From: an uncultured Candidatus Saccharibacteria bacterium
GTDB lineage: Bacteria; Patescibacteriota; Minisyncoccia; Phycocordibacterales; UBA9973
DNA length: 64,000 nucleotides
Direction: 5' to 3'
Assembly (NCBI GenBank): GCA_964498035.1
Contig: CAZCFW010000001.1
Location: 57,286 to 121,285 of the forward strand
The notes below the pieces were generated by a model. That model worked only from the letters and a program-made list of their open reading frames with translations. It ran no database searches and was not told where the DNA came from. Below, one piece after another: positions 56,624-64,000 of the stretch; position 1 is the first letter of the stretch, and each line of letters starts with the position of its first letter. Made by a program: the position numbers and the translations under genes.

Positions 56624-57310
56624 TTATAGCATAAGTGCTAAATGTTCTAAAATCATTTTCACAGAAGCGCCCGATGTGGAGAGGTATTTGTGTGCCTCAA
56701 TTAAATGATTTAATTTTTCTTTATCATTATTATCATATGGGAATTTATAAACCTTGTGCGAAAGTGTGAGGAGCGCATCTACAAGTTCGCGAGCTTCATC
56801 ACGGAGTGGTGCGCTGGTGTCATCGTCCTTGTGCTTTCCGATGATCTCTGCAATCATTTCCATTCTCTCACTCTTATTTACTTTCATAAATGATACTGCG
56901 ACCTTATCATATGCAGATATGATTCCCGGCATTCTTATTATGTGTGCACGAGAGCGTAGTGTGCCACGTACAGAGCTTAGGCTCGGTATTAGTATAAAAA
57001 TTATAGTGTCTTCTGTGGGTTCTTCGCAAACTTTCAGTAATGCATGCTCTGCAACTTCATTTATGCTTTTAGTTCGCACTAGTATTATTTTCTTTCCAAG
57101 ATTTGAGCTTCGCTCACTATGATGCTCTTGTAAAGTGCTCACTTCTTCCACACCTATAGATTCATATACTTCATTAAGAGCAATATTATTTTTTTCGATA
57201 CTATTTAATTTTAAAAAATCTAAAAGATATGTGTATGTATTTTCAAGCTCCCCTTCCACTAAATAGAAATGGTGCATCGGTATATGGATTAGATTTGAAA
57301 GTGGATTCAT
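56624..57310 (-). CDS. DNA polymerase III delta-prime-like clamp-loader subunit (short, no Walker A)
   Basis: Sensor-1/box VII region ALLKVCEEPTEDTIIFILIPSLSSVRGTLRSRAHIIRM parallels the delta-prime LLKTLEEPP...LLPTIRSRC block. It is 228 aa. Confidence 0.5.
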   Translation of the reverse strand: MNPLSNLIHIPMHHFYLVEGELENTYTYLLDFLKLNSIEKNNIALNEVYESIGVEEVSTLQEHHSERSSNLGKKIILVRTKSINEVAEHALLKVCEEPTEDTIIFILIPSLSSVRGTLRSRAHIIRMPGIISAYDKVAVSFMKVNKSERMEMIAEIIGKHKDDDTSAPLRDEARELVDALLTLSHKVYKFPYDNNDKEKLNHLIEAHKYLSTSGASVKMILEHLALML

Positions 57311-57324
57311 ACTCTTATATTACA

Positions 57325-58218
57325 CTACCTAGGGTAAATATCTAAAAGTTCATCTGAATAGTAGAATTGATATGCTATATCTCCGAAGCTGTACTCCACA
57401 CCATTTATCATAATAGGTGCACCGCCAGATGCTGGATCAGGCTTTGGTATCGAGCGATTAAATCCTAGATTATAAAGTGTCGCAAGAATATCTGGGCGAC
57501 CGTATATAGGATACCCGGCATTTGCCCACTGCACTTCTGCTTGGCGCATAAAAAGGCCCACATATAAATACGAGTAGTATGGATCCTTGGTGTTGGTAAT
57601 TCGGTTGAATCTCTCAGCTGATATATCCACTCCTTCTTTATAATCTGCGACATGCTCCATTTGCTCTCCTAGATAAAATACAGATTTTGGATTTTTCAAA
57701 TTATTATCTATCCTCTCCACTGTCTCGGGCTTAAGTCCTGCAATGCCATATGAAAATTGTGATAATGAAGCGAGGACTTTTAGCGGTTCAAAATATTGCT
57801 TGAAAGCTTCCCTGCGACTCGAGAAAAACCTAAGCTGTTCACCCATCACACCGCCTAGTATTAATCTAGGTGAAATACCCGCATCACTCGCGGCTTTATT
57901 GATAACAGCTTGATCTCGAGTAAAAATTTCTTTAAGAAGATTGAAGTCTGGTGAACTCATCCATGATAAATTTGAAAGAAGAGGATGTCCTACATCTGTA
58001 GATTCTTGGTGAGTGAAATTGAAAGCATTAACGGCATTAGCGGAAATCTTCATATCTGAAACTTTAAAATATTCATCTCTCTCTTTTGCAGAACCTTGCA
58101 CATTCAGCCAGCCGAATTGCATAGCGATAAATACTGCCGTAAATACAACACCGATAAGTGCAAATATATAAAGAAAAATATCGAATATTATACCGAGCAC
58201 CCTTTTAAAAATTATCAT
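57325..58218 (-). CDS. membrane-anchored hypothetical protein (297 aa)
   Basis: N-terminal TM (IIFDIFLYIFALIGVVFTAVFIAM) and an extracytoplasmic domain. Lies upstream of mreB. Confidence 0.4.
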   Translation of the reverse strand: MIIFKRVLGIIFDIFLYIFALIGVVFTAVFIAMQFGWLNVQGSAKERDEYFKVSDMKISANAVNAFNFTHQESTDVGHPLLSNLSWMSSPDFNLLKEIFTRDQAVINKAASDAGISPRLILGGVMGEQLRFFSSRREAFKQYFEPLKVLASLSQFSYGIAGLKPETVERIDNNLKNPKSVFYLGEQMEHVADYKEGVDISAERFNRITNTKDPYYSYLYVGLFMRQAEVQWANAGYPIYGRPDILATLYNLGFNRSIPKPDPASGGAPIMINGVEYSFGDIAYQFYYSDELLDIYPR

Positions 58219-58227
58219 TTAGTAAAT

Positions 58228-59241
58228 TTATTTTTTAGAAATTATTGTCTTCTTGTAAGTATCTAGGTGGTCGAGCGCTTCACCAGTGCCTTTCACCACA
58301 CAATACAGTGCATCATCTGCCACTCTCGCTTTCACTCCAGTGCGTCTATAAACCAAATCTGCTAAATTGCGAAGCTGTGATGATCCACCAGTCATAATTA
58401 TACCATGGTCGATAATATCTGCAGCAAGCTCAGGTGGAGTCTCAGCGAGCACATCCTTGATGGCGGAAATCATTGTGCGAAGTTCTTTGTCTATCGCACG
58501 CACAACTTCGTTTGTAGAAATCTGCGCAGTACGAGGAAGTCCTTGCACGAAGTCGCGACCCTTGATTGTCATTGTGAGTTCTTCTTCAAGTGGTACCGCA
58601 GCTCCAATCTCTATCTTTACTCTTTCTGCTGTTTTATCGCCTATTGCTAGGTTGAAAGTCTTCTTTATATAGTCGGCAATTGCTTGGTCGATTTTGTCTC
58701 CTGCACACTTTACAGATGTGGATGCCACGATTCCTCCGAGCGCAATCACGGCGACGTCTGTCGTGCCTCCACCAATGTCGACAATCATGTGCCCTGAAGA
58801 TTCATGAATAGGAATTCCCGCTCCGATTGCAGCGAGAATTGGCTCCTTCACCACATATGCATTCTTCGCACCTGCGCGTAGTGCAGCTTCTACTACTGCA
58901 CGGCGCTCTGTGGAAGTAATGCCAGCTGGAACTGAGACCATCACATCTGGCTTCCATAAATTAAATTTTCCTAGGGCTTTAGTAATGAAATAGCGGAGCA
59001 TTGCTTCCGTCACGCGGTAGTCTGATATCACACCGTCCTTCATAGGGCGATATGCAATGATGCTTTCTGGAGTTTTACCTATCATATTCTTCGCTTCGAT
59101 ACCAATAGCAAGGATTTTGTTGTCTTGCTCGCTCACAGCCACGACTGATGGCTCATTGAGGACTATGCCTTTCCCCGGCAAGTACACGAGCGTGTTTGCC
59201 GTGCCTAAATCTATCCCCAATTTTTTAGTAAAAAATCCCAT
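58228..59241 (-). CDS. mreB: rod shape-determining protein MreB
   Basis: LGIDLGTANTLVY, DIGGGTTDVAV and the full actin-fold layout over 337 aa. Confidence 0.9.
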   Translation of the reverse strand: MGFFTKKLGIDLGTANTLVYLPGKGIVLNEPSVVAVSEQDNKILAIGIEAKNMIGKTPESIIAYRPMKDGVISDYRVTEAMLRYFITKALGKFNLWKPDVMVSVPAGITSTERRAVVEAALRAGAKNAYVVKEPILAAIGAGIPIHESSGHMIVDIGGGTTDVAVIALGGIVASTSVKCAGDKIDQAIADYIKKTFNLAIGDKTAERVKIEIGAAVPLEEELTMTIKGRDFVQGLPRTAQISTNEVVRAIDKELRTMISAIKDVLAETPPELAADIIDHGIIMTGGSSQLRNLADLVYRRTGVKARVADDALYCVVKGTGEALDHLDTYKKTIISKK

Positions 59242-59296
59242 ATGTATGGCCGATTATAACACAATTTTATAAATAAAAATAATAGAACCAGCAAAA

Positions 59297-59326
59297 CAAA
59301 AAAACACCAATTATAGTGTTTTTTTG
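59297..59326. terminator. A/T-flanked hairpin terminator
   Basis: aaaaaaacac-caattata-gtgttttttt. Confidence 0.4.
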
Positions 59327-59339
59327 TTTATCACATATA

Positions 59340-59900
59340 TTATTCTGCAATTTCTTTTTCTTTAACCCAACCACCATAACCATTCCCACATGATACAAGT
59401 ATATAATCGTTTGAGGACCCTTCATCAAAAGGGTGTCTAAAACCTACGATTATTGCTTTATCTGTTTCATTAGCTCCAAATGATTTTTTTACACCTTCTC
59501 TAAGATTAATTTCTTTTCCTTTATATAAATCGCCCTCTGGTCTTTGTAAGCAAACAATATCACCACCTAATTCAACAGCTTTAGATCCTGAAATACTATA
59601 ACTCTTATCTTTAGAAGAAAAATCATTTATTTTAGGCTCTATGTCTTGTGAAAAAACATTTCTTAGTTTCTCTTCAACATTCTTTATGTTCCCAAATTTA
59701 GCTCTACTGGAAATAGCATACCAAATTTTTTCTAACCTCTCTTCACCTTTTAGTCCTTCTAGTTCTTTCTTTAATTTAAAGTATTCATCATTTTGACTTC
59801 CATCTTCATTTATAGCCCCAGTTTTAAAAAATTCTTTTCTAGTTGCTTCAGTTTTAATATTTATTTGCTCGTTTATAAAATTTAAATTTTCTTTTGGCAT
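59340..59900 (-). CDS. hypothetical protein (186 aa, soluble)
   Basis: ORF only. No motif. Confidence 0.4.
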   Translation of the reverse strand: MPKENLNFINEQINIKTEATRKEFFKTGAINEDGSQNDEYFKLKKELEGLKGEERLEKIWYAISSRAKFGNIKNVEEKLRNVFSQDIEPKINDFSSKDKSYSISGSKAVELGGDIVCLQRPEGDLYKGKEINLREGVKKSFGANETDKAIIVGFRHPFDEGSSNDYILVSCGNGYGGWVKEKEIAE

Positions 59901-59995
59901 ATATTTTATCCTTACTAATATTCTTAAATTATATATGGCCTATTCTACTATGTCAAGATAAATAAAGGAATATAAAATTATGCTAATATAAGGAT

Positions 59996-61948
59996 ATGTA
60001 TATATTGACTGTCATTCCCCTATCTAAAGGCATACAGAAAGATGAGCTCACGTATTTCTCTGCGAAAGAGATTGAAGTTGGGAGTATTGTGCGTGTGCCG
60101 ATGCGGAGTAAGACTATCGATGCAATTGTGATAAATAAAGAAAATGCCAACGAAAGAAAATCAGAATTGAAAAATGCGAGCTACGAATTGAAAAAGATTG
60201 AATCAAGTAAGGGCAAACCTCCATACAAAGAATCCTTCTTCAAAGCTTGTGAGAAAATGGCGCAGTATTCTGGCGCGACGACTGGTAGTGTGATCTCTGC
60301 ACTACTTCCTGCAGTACTCATTGAGAAATTCAGTGAATTAAAACATAAAAATATCGAGCTTGGTAGCGAGCGCCCAAGTGTGAAAGAAGAAAGATTAATT
60401 TTCCAAGCCTTACTCCCCGACCGCCTTTCATGGTACCGCACACTTATTCGTGAGGCTTTTGCAAAGAAGGAATCCGTATTCATTTGTGTGCCCACACGCT
60501 ACGACATTGATCAGTACTATGAAGCATTTTCGAAAGGCATCGATCAATACGTTTTCAAATTCAATAGTGAAATCACTAAAAAGAATTTGATTGCGGATTT
60601 CAATAAAGTAGTAAATGAAGAGCACCCTATACTTATAATCGGCACTGGCCCATTCCTATGCATACCGCGCCATGATGTGCGCACCATCATCGTCGAGCAC
60701 GAGTCATCCAGTGCATACAAGCAAATCTCTCGCCCATTTATCGACATGCGCACTCTCGCAGAGACTATCGCTCACGTGGATCATATTAAATTAATTTATG
60801 GTGACACACTTCTTCGCCCCGAGACTCTCCACCGCCACGACATTGGTGAGCTTGGCGAAATAGCTTCCCCACTTTTCCGCTTGCCACAAGTGGAGCGCCA
60901 AATAATCATCGATATGAAAGAAGAGCTCGATGAGAAAGGCATGCATTCATTCAAAGTCCTTTCGGAAACTACAAAGAAAATGATTGCGTACGCACTCACA
61001 CATAAAGAGACGGTTTTCCTCTTTACTCTTAGGAAAGGTCTTGCTGGTGTGACTGTCTGCCACGATTGCGGGCACACCATGCTCTGCAAATACTGCAACA
61101 CGCCAGTAGTCCTTTACGGTAGCAAGCAAAAAACTGCAGACAAAGACGCAAAAGATCGAATCTTTATGTGCAATAAATGTGGAAGAAAAGAAACCACAGA
61201 GACAAGGTGCCCAAGTTGTGAAAGCTGGAACCTCACACCACTTGGCATAGGCACAGACAGAGTCGTGGAAGAACTGAAGAATGAATTCCCAGATGCGCAC
61301 GTCGTGCAGGTGGATAAGGATTCGATTTCTGGAGATAAAGAATTGTTTGAGACATGCAGTAGCTTCTACAATGTGCCTGGCACTATCATGGTGGGCACTG
61401 AGCTTGCATTCTCTTGCCTTCGCACGCACGTCACTCACAGCGCCATTATCTCTATCGATGGATTACTTTCTATTCCTTCATTTAATATTAACCAAAAGAT
61501 GCTTCATATCATCGAGCGCCTCCACTCCATCACCGACAGGAATCTGATCATCCAAACTCGCATTCCCGAGAACCCAGTGCTCAAGCACATTCTCACTGGC
61601 AATGTGCTCCCAATGTATCGTGAAGATCTCAAAGAGCGCGAAGAATGGGGCTACCCACCATTTAAGAGACTTATAAAAATTACTTTCCGTGGAACAGCGA
61701 AAGAGACGGAGAAAGCCCGCCTTGATTTGGAAAAGCTTTTCGACGGATACGAACCGCAGATATTCTCTGCATTTGTGGGCCAAGTGAAAGGTCAATATGT
61801 GACAAATACAGTAATAAAAGTAAATCCAAAAATCTGGCCACTTCCAATAAAGATAAAAGATTCAGACGAAGGCCGCACACTCCTCGCCAAGCTTCGCTCA
61901 CTACCACCATCATTTTCTGTGAATGTAGATCCTGAGGACCTATTATAA
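59996..61948 (+). CDS. priA: primosomal protein N' (PriA)-like, Walker A not evident
   Basis: N-terminal 3'-DNA-binding-like segment. The Cys-rich PriA zinc-binding insert is present (CHDCGHTMLCKYC...CNKCGRKE...CPSCE). No GxGKT/S was found where the helicase motif I should be. Confidence 0.6.
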   Translation: MYILTVIPLSKGIQKDELTYFSAKEIEVGSIVRVPMRSKTIDAIVINKENANERKSELKNASYELKKIESSKGKPPYKESFFKACEKMAQYSGATTGSVISALLPAVLIEKFSELKHKNIELGSERPSVKEERLIFQALLPDRLSWYRTLIREAFAKKESVFICVPTRYDIDQYYEAFSKGIDQYVFKFNSEITKKNLIADFNKVVNEEHPILIIGTGPFLCIPRHDVRTIIVEHESSSAYKQISRPFIDMRTLAETIAHVDHIKLIYGDTLLRPETLHRHDIGELGEIASPLFRLPQVERQIIIDMKEELDEKGMHSFKVLSETTKKMIAYALTHKETVFLFTLRKGLAGVTVCHDCGHTMLCKYCNTPVVLYGSKQKTADKDAKDRIFMCNKCGRKETTETRCPSCESWNLTPLGIGTDRVVEELKNEFPDAHVVQVDKDSISGDKELFETCSSFYNVPGTIMVGTELAFSCLRTHVTHSAIISIDGLLSIPSFNINQKMLHIIERLHSITDRNLIIQTRIPENPVLKHILTGNVLPMYREDLKEREEWGYPPFKRLIKITFRGTAKETEKARLDLEKLFDGYEPQIFSAFVGQVKGQYVTNTVIKVNPKIWPLPIKIKDSDEGRTLLAKLRSLPPSFSVNVDPEDLL

Positions 61949-62008
61949 TATTTGACAAAATAAATATAGTGTGTAATATTTTGGTTAAATTTAAATCAAA
62001 ATATTTTT

Positions 62009-62566
62009 ATGAGCACTTTAAAAAAGAAAATCGTCGTTGGTATTATGGGTCCTGACGAAACTGCTACTTTATTCGAAACAGGTAATGCCTACAAAATGGG
62101 TAATCTTATTGGTCTACAAGATAATTGGGTACTACTTACTAATGGTTCCAATTATGGAGTGATGAATGGAGCACTTAAGGGCGCAAAAGATGGTAATCCA
62201 AATTGTACTACTATGGGGATGTCATCCTGCAGATATGATGAGGCAGATAAAATCTCAGAGTACGCAGACATAAAAATACCTGCAGTTATGAGTGAAGTAA
62301 ATATACTCACTTCAGATTTCATTATTTTCTGTTGTGATAAAATTAGAAACTCTATTGTAAACTTTTCAGAATTAGTCATTGCGTTAAAGCACAAGAAGCC
62401 GATTATATTTCTAGTTACACCTGATAACACTGGTGCTCAAACACAATATTACAAAAACGTATTGTCTGAATTTGAAATATATAGGTGGTACTATTCAGGT
62501 ATAATTACCGACTCGCCGGAGGAAGTAATCAGATTGATACAAAATTGGCATAATAGACAACCTTGA
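62009..62566 (+). CDS. degenerate LOG/TIGR00725-like Rossmann protein
   Basis: KKIVVGIMG...LLTNGSNYGVMNGALKGAKDG parallels the LOG family VTGGGPGVMEAVAKGA block. The second PGGxGTxxE motif is replaced by CDKIRNSIVNFSE. Confidence 0.35.
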   Translation: MSTLKKKIVVGIMGPDETATLFETGNAYKMGNLIGLQDNWVLLTNGSNYGVMNGALKGAKDGNPNCTTMGMSSCRYDEADKISEYADIKIPAVMSEVNILTSDFIIFCCDKIRNSIVNFSELVIALKHKKPIIFLVTPDNTGAQTQYYKNVLSEFEIYRWYYSGIITDSPEEVIRLIQNWHNRQP

Positions 62567-62580
62567 TTTAATAAACAATA

Positions 62581-62615
62581 AAGAGCTTCAAGCATTACTT
62601 GAAGCTCTTTTTTTA
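62581..62615 (+). terminator. rho-independent terminator (agagcttcaag-catta-cttgaagctct plus T7)
   Basis: Perfect 11-bp stem followed by a T-run. Confidence 0.65.
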
Positions 62616-62659
62616 ATTACATTGTAGAAAAATTTTGATTTCCGTACTATAATGAATGT

Positions 62660-63535
62660 ATGAAAACATTCGGAAGGATTTTGAAATTCATTTTTATATT
62701 TTTATATTTTATTGCACTAATTTATTTACTATTATTTAATTCATACTTTTCAGAATTATATGGTATATCTCATGGTATATCTCTTTGGGCTATCCCCCTC
62801 CTCGCTCTAATTTCAGTAATAGTTGTAGGATACAATTACATTAAAATCTATATTAAAGTAAACGTCATCGAATCAGAGTTCACTTCTATAGTAAATCACA
62901 CTTTTAGAACTCCACTCACAAAGATTATCTGGGCGCTTAAAGAATTAAAGGGTCCAGAATACAGTAAGGAGACTTTGCTGTACCTGCAGAATATTGAAAA
63001 TTCATCGACTAGAATATTAAATATTGTAGATATCATCGCCGGAATGCAAGACTTAGACAATAAATCTAGTTACTTCTTCAAGCCCACGTCACTACGTGAA
63101 ATAATAGAATCATCGATTGCGAAATACAGAGGTGTAATCGAGGAGAAGAAATTCAATTTCCAAATCTCAACTTTCAATGATATTCCTATGCTTGGTGGCG
63201 ATTTAAAAAAACTTACTTTTGTTTTTGATGTAATCGTAGAGAATGCACTATATTACACAAATGCATTGGGAGATATTTCCGTCGGTGCAATCGTAGAGAA
63301 AGATAAGGTTATCTTCTATGTAGCAGATAGCGGAATTGGGCTCACCTTTATGGATAAATTTAGAATATTCTCTAAATTCTATCGTTCTTCATCTGCTCGC
63401 AAGCTCTACACAGACGGCATGGGCCTTAGCCTATACCTTGCAAAGAAGATTGTGGACCGCCATGGAGGCAGGATATATGCCAAATCAAAAGGTTCAAATA
63501 TGGGTGCCACTTTCTTCGTAGAACTCCCTTTATAA
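62660..63535 (+). CDS. sensor histidine kinase (2 TM, short)
   Basis: H-box VNHTFRTPLTKIIWAL, G1 DSGIGL and G2 GMGLSLYLAKKIVDRHGGRI. No response regulator in the window. Confidence 0.75.
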   Translation: MKTFGRILKFIFIFLYFIALIYLLLFNSYFSELYGISHGISLWAIPLLALISVIVVGYNYIKIYIKVNVIESEFTSIVNHTFRTPLTKIIWALKELKGPEYSKETLLYLQNIENSSTRILNIVDIIAGMQDLDNKSSYFFKPTSLREIIESSIAKYRGVIEEKKFNFQISTFNDIPMLGGDLKKLTFVFDVIVENALYYTNALGDISVGAIVEKDKVIFYVADSGIGLTFMDKFRIFSKFYRSSSARKLYTDGMGLSLYLAKKIVDRHGGRIYAKSKGSNMGATFFVELPL

Positions 63536-63585
63536 AGCCAAATACCTTGCACAATTTAGGTATTTATGATAATCTATTTTGACAT

Positions 63586-63834
63586 ATGGGAATTACAATT
63601 ATTGAGGTTAGTAAAAATACAAACGAGAGCAATATGAATCTTATTCGTCGTTTTTCTCGCAAAGTGCAAGAAACAGGCGTGATTCAGAAAGTGAAGGGCA
63701 AGCGTTACAATGAACGTTCTTCTTCTAAGCTTACTGTAAAGAAAGCAACTCTTAAGAGATTAGCTAAAAGAAAGGAAAGAGATCGTCTTGTGAAGTTAGG
63801 AAAGGTAGTAGTAACTGTACGCGGACGTAAATAA
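63586..63834 (+). CDS. rpsU: 30S ribosomal protein S21
   Basis: NLIRRFSRKVQETGVIQKVKGKRYNE...KRLAKRKERDR parallels the bS21 ALRRFKRxxEKxGxxxExRRRxxYEKP...KR block. Confidence 0.65.
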   Translation: MGITIIEVSKNTNESNMNLIRRFSRKVQETGVIQKVKGKRYNERSSSKLTVKKATLKRLAKRKERDRLVKLGKVVVTVRGRK

Positions 63835-63861
63835 TCAAGCACAAGTTTCTATATTTTAAAT

Positions 63862-64000
63862 AATGAACACAAATTGTGAAATTATAAATAAAACAAAAGG
63901 CACGCTCCCACGCGTGCCTTTTGCCAAAATTAAAGATGCTATCCTAGGGGCGGACTACGAGATTTCTATTGCGTCTGTATCGAAAGCTGAGTCAAAGAGA
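63862..64000 (+). CDS. possible rRNA maturation RNase YbeY, N-terminal fragment running off the window edge
   Basis: MNTNCEIINKTKGTLPRVPFAKIKDAILGADYEISIASVS... fits the YbeY N-terminal layout (xIxNxT...P...IxxxILxxxYELSI). It is truncated, so the call is tentative. Confidence 0.35.

Noticed and set aside
1-64000. Looked for mobile elements, integrases, transposases and phage genes, and for rRNA
   Set aside because: No transposase (DDE), integrase (R..H..R..Y) or terminal inverted-repeat patterns were recognised, and no rRNA-like conserved stretches. The window appears to be stable core chromosome.

Overview
This is a 64-kb chromosomal segment of an AT-rich, gene-dense bacterium. About 70 CDS are packed with short or overlapping intergenic spacers, most of them on the minus strand. 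I found no rRNA, tRNA, CRISPR array or transposase/integrase genes.

The content is core housekeeping. There is a minimal cell-wall set: mraY-ftsW-murG with no other mur genes, plus mreB, mltG, an L,D-transpeptidase and rseP. scpA and scpB are present. Five tRNA ligases are encoded: gltX (partial), a class IIb Asn/Asp ligase, trpS, cysS and a short alaS. Replication and repair genes are dnaB, recR, a priA-like gene, a delta-prime-like gene and a DEDDh exonuclease. The dnaJ, dnaK and grpE genes are present but dispersed. A complete alpha ribosomal operon runs infA-rpmJ-rpsM-rpsK-rpsD-rpoA-rplQ-rplM-rpsI, and rplU, rpsU, frr, typA and mnmA are also present. There is a polyamine/DHS cluster: an arginine-decarboxylase-like gene, a deoxyhypusine-synthase-like gene and an agmatinase gene.

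The short AlaRS, a PriA-like protein with no Walker A motif, the stripped-down cell-division/cell-wall cluster and many small secreted or membrane hypotheticals are most consistent with a genome-reduced Patescibacteria/CPR-like lineage. That is inference from gene style only.

The regions worth a second look are:
- a self-contained plus-strand two-gene cassette (6960-8292) pairing an unknown protein with a minimal 2H-phosphoesterase-like protein, under a textbook promoter;
- an aspartate racemase next to a VanX-like D,D-dipeptidase fused to an unknown N-terminal domain;
- a pair of secreted proteins, one DUF1566-like and one with a W-rich tandem repeat plus a peptidoglycan-binding domain;
- a CTAG-dense repeat array with 21-bp spacing upstream of an ASKHA ATPase and membrane-protein pair;
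- a structured 290-bp spacer inside the polyamine/DHS cluster;
- several regulator-like proteins with unusual domain architecture (sigma region 4 plus HARE-HTH, a DnaA domain-IV-only protein, a degenerate LOG-like protein).

All functional calls come from reading motifs by eye. No database search was run.
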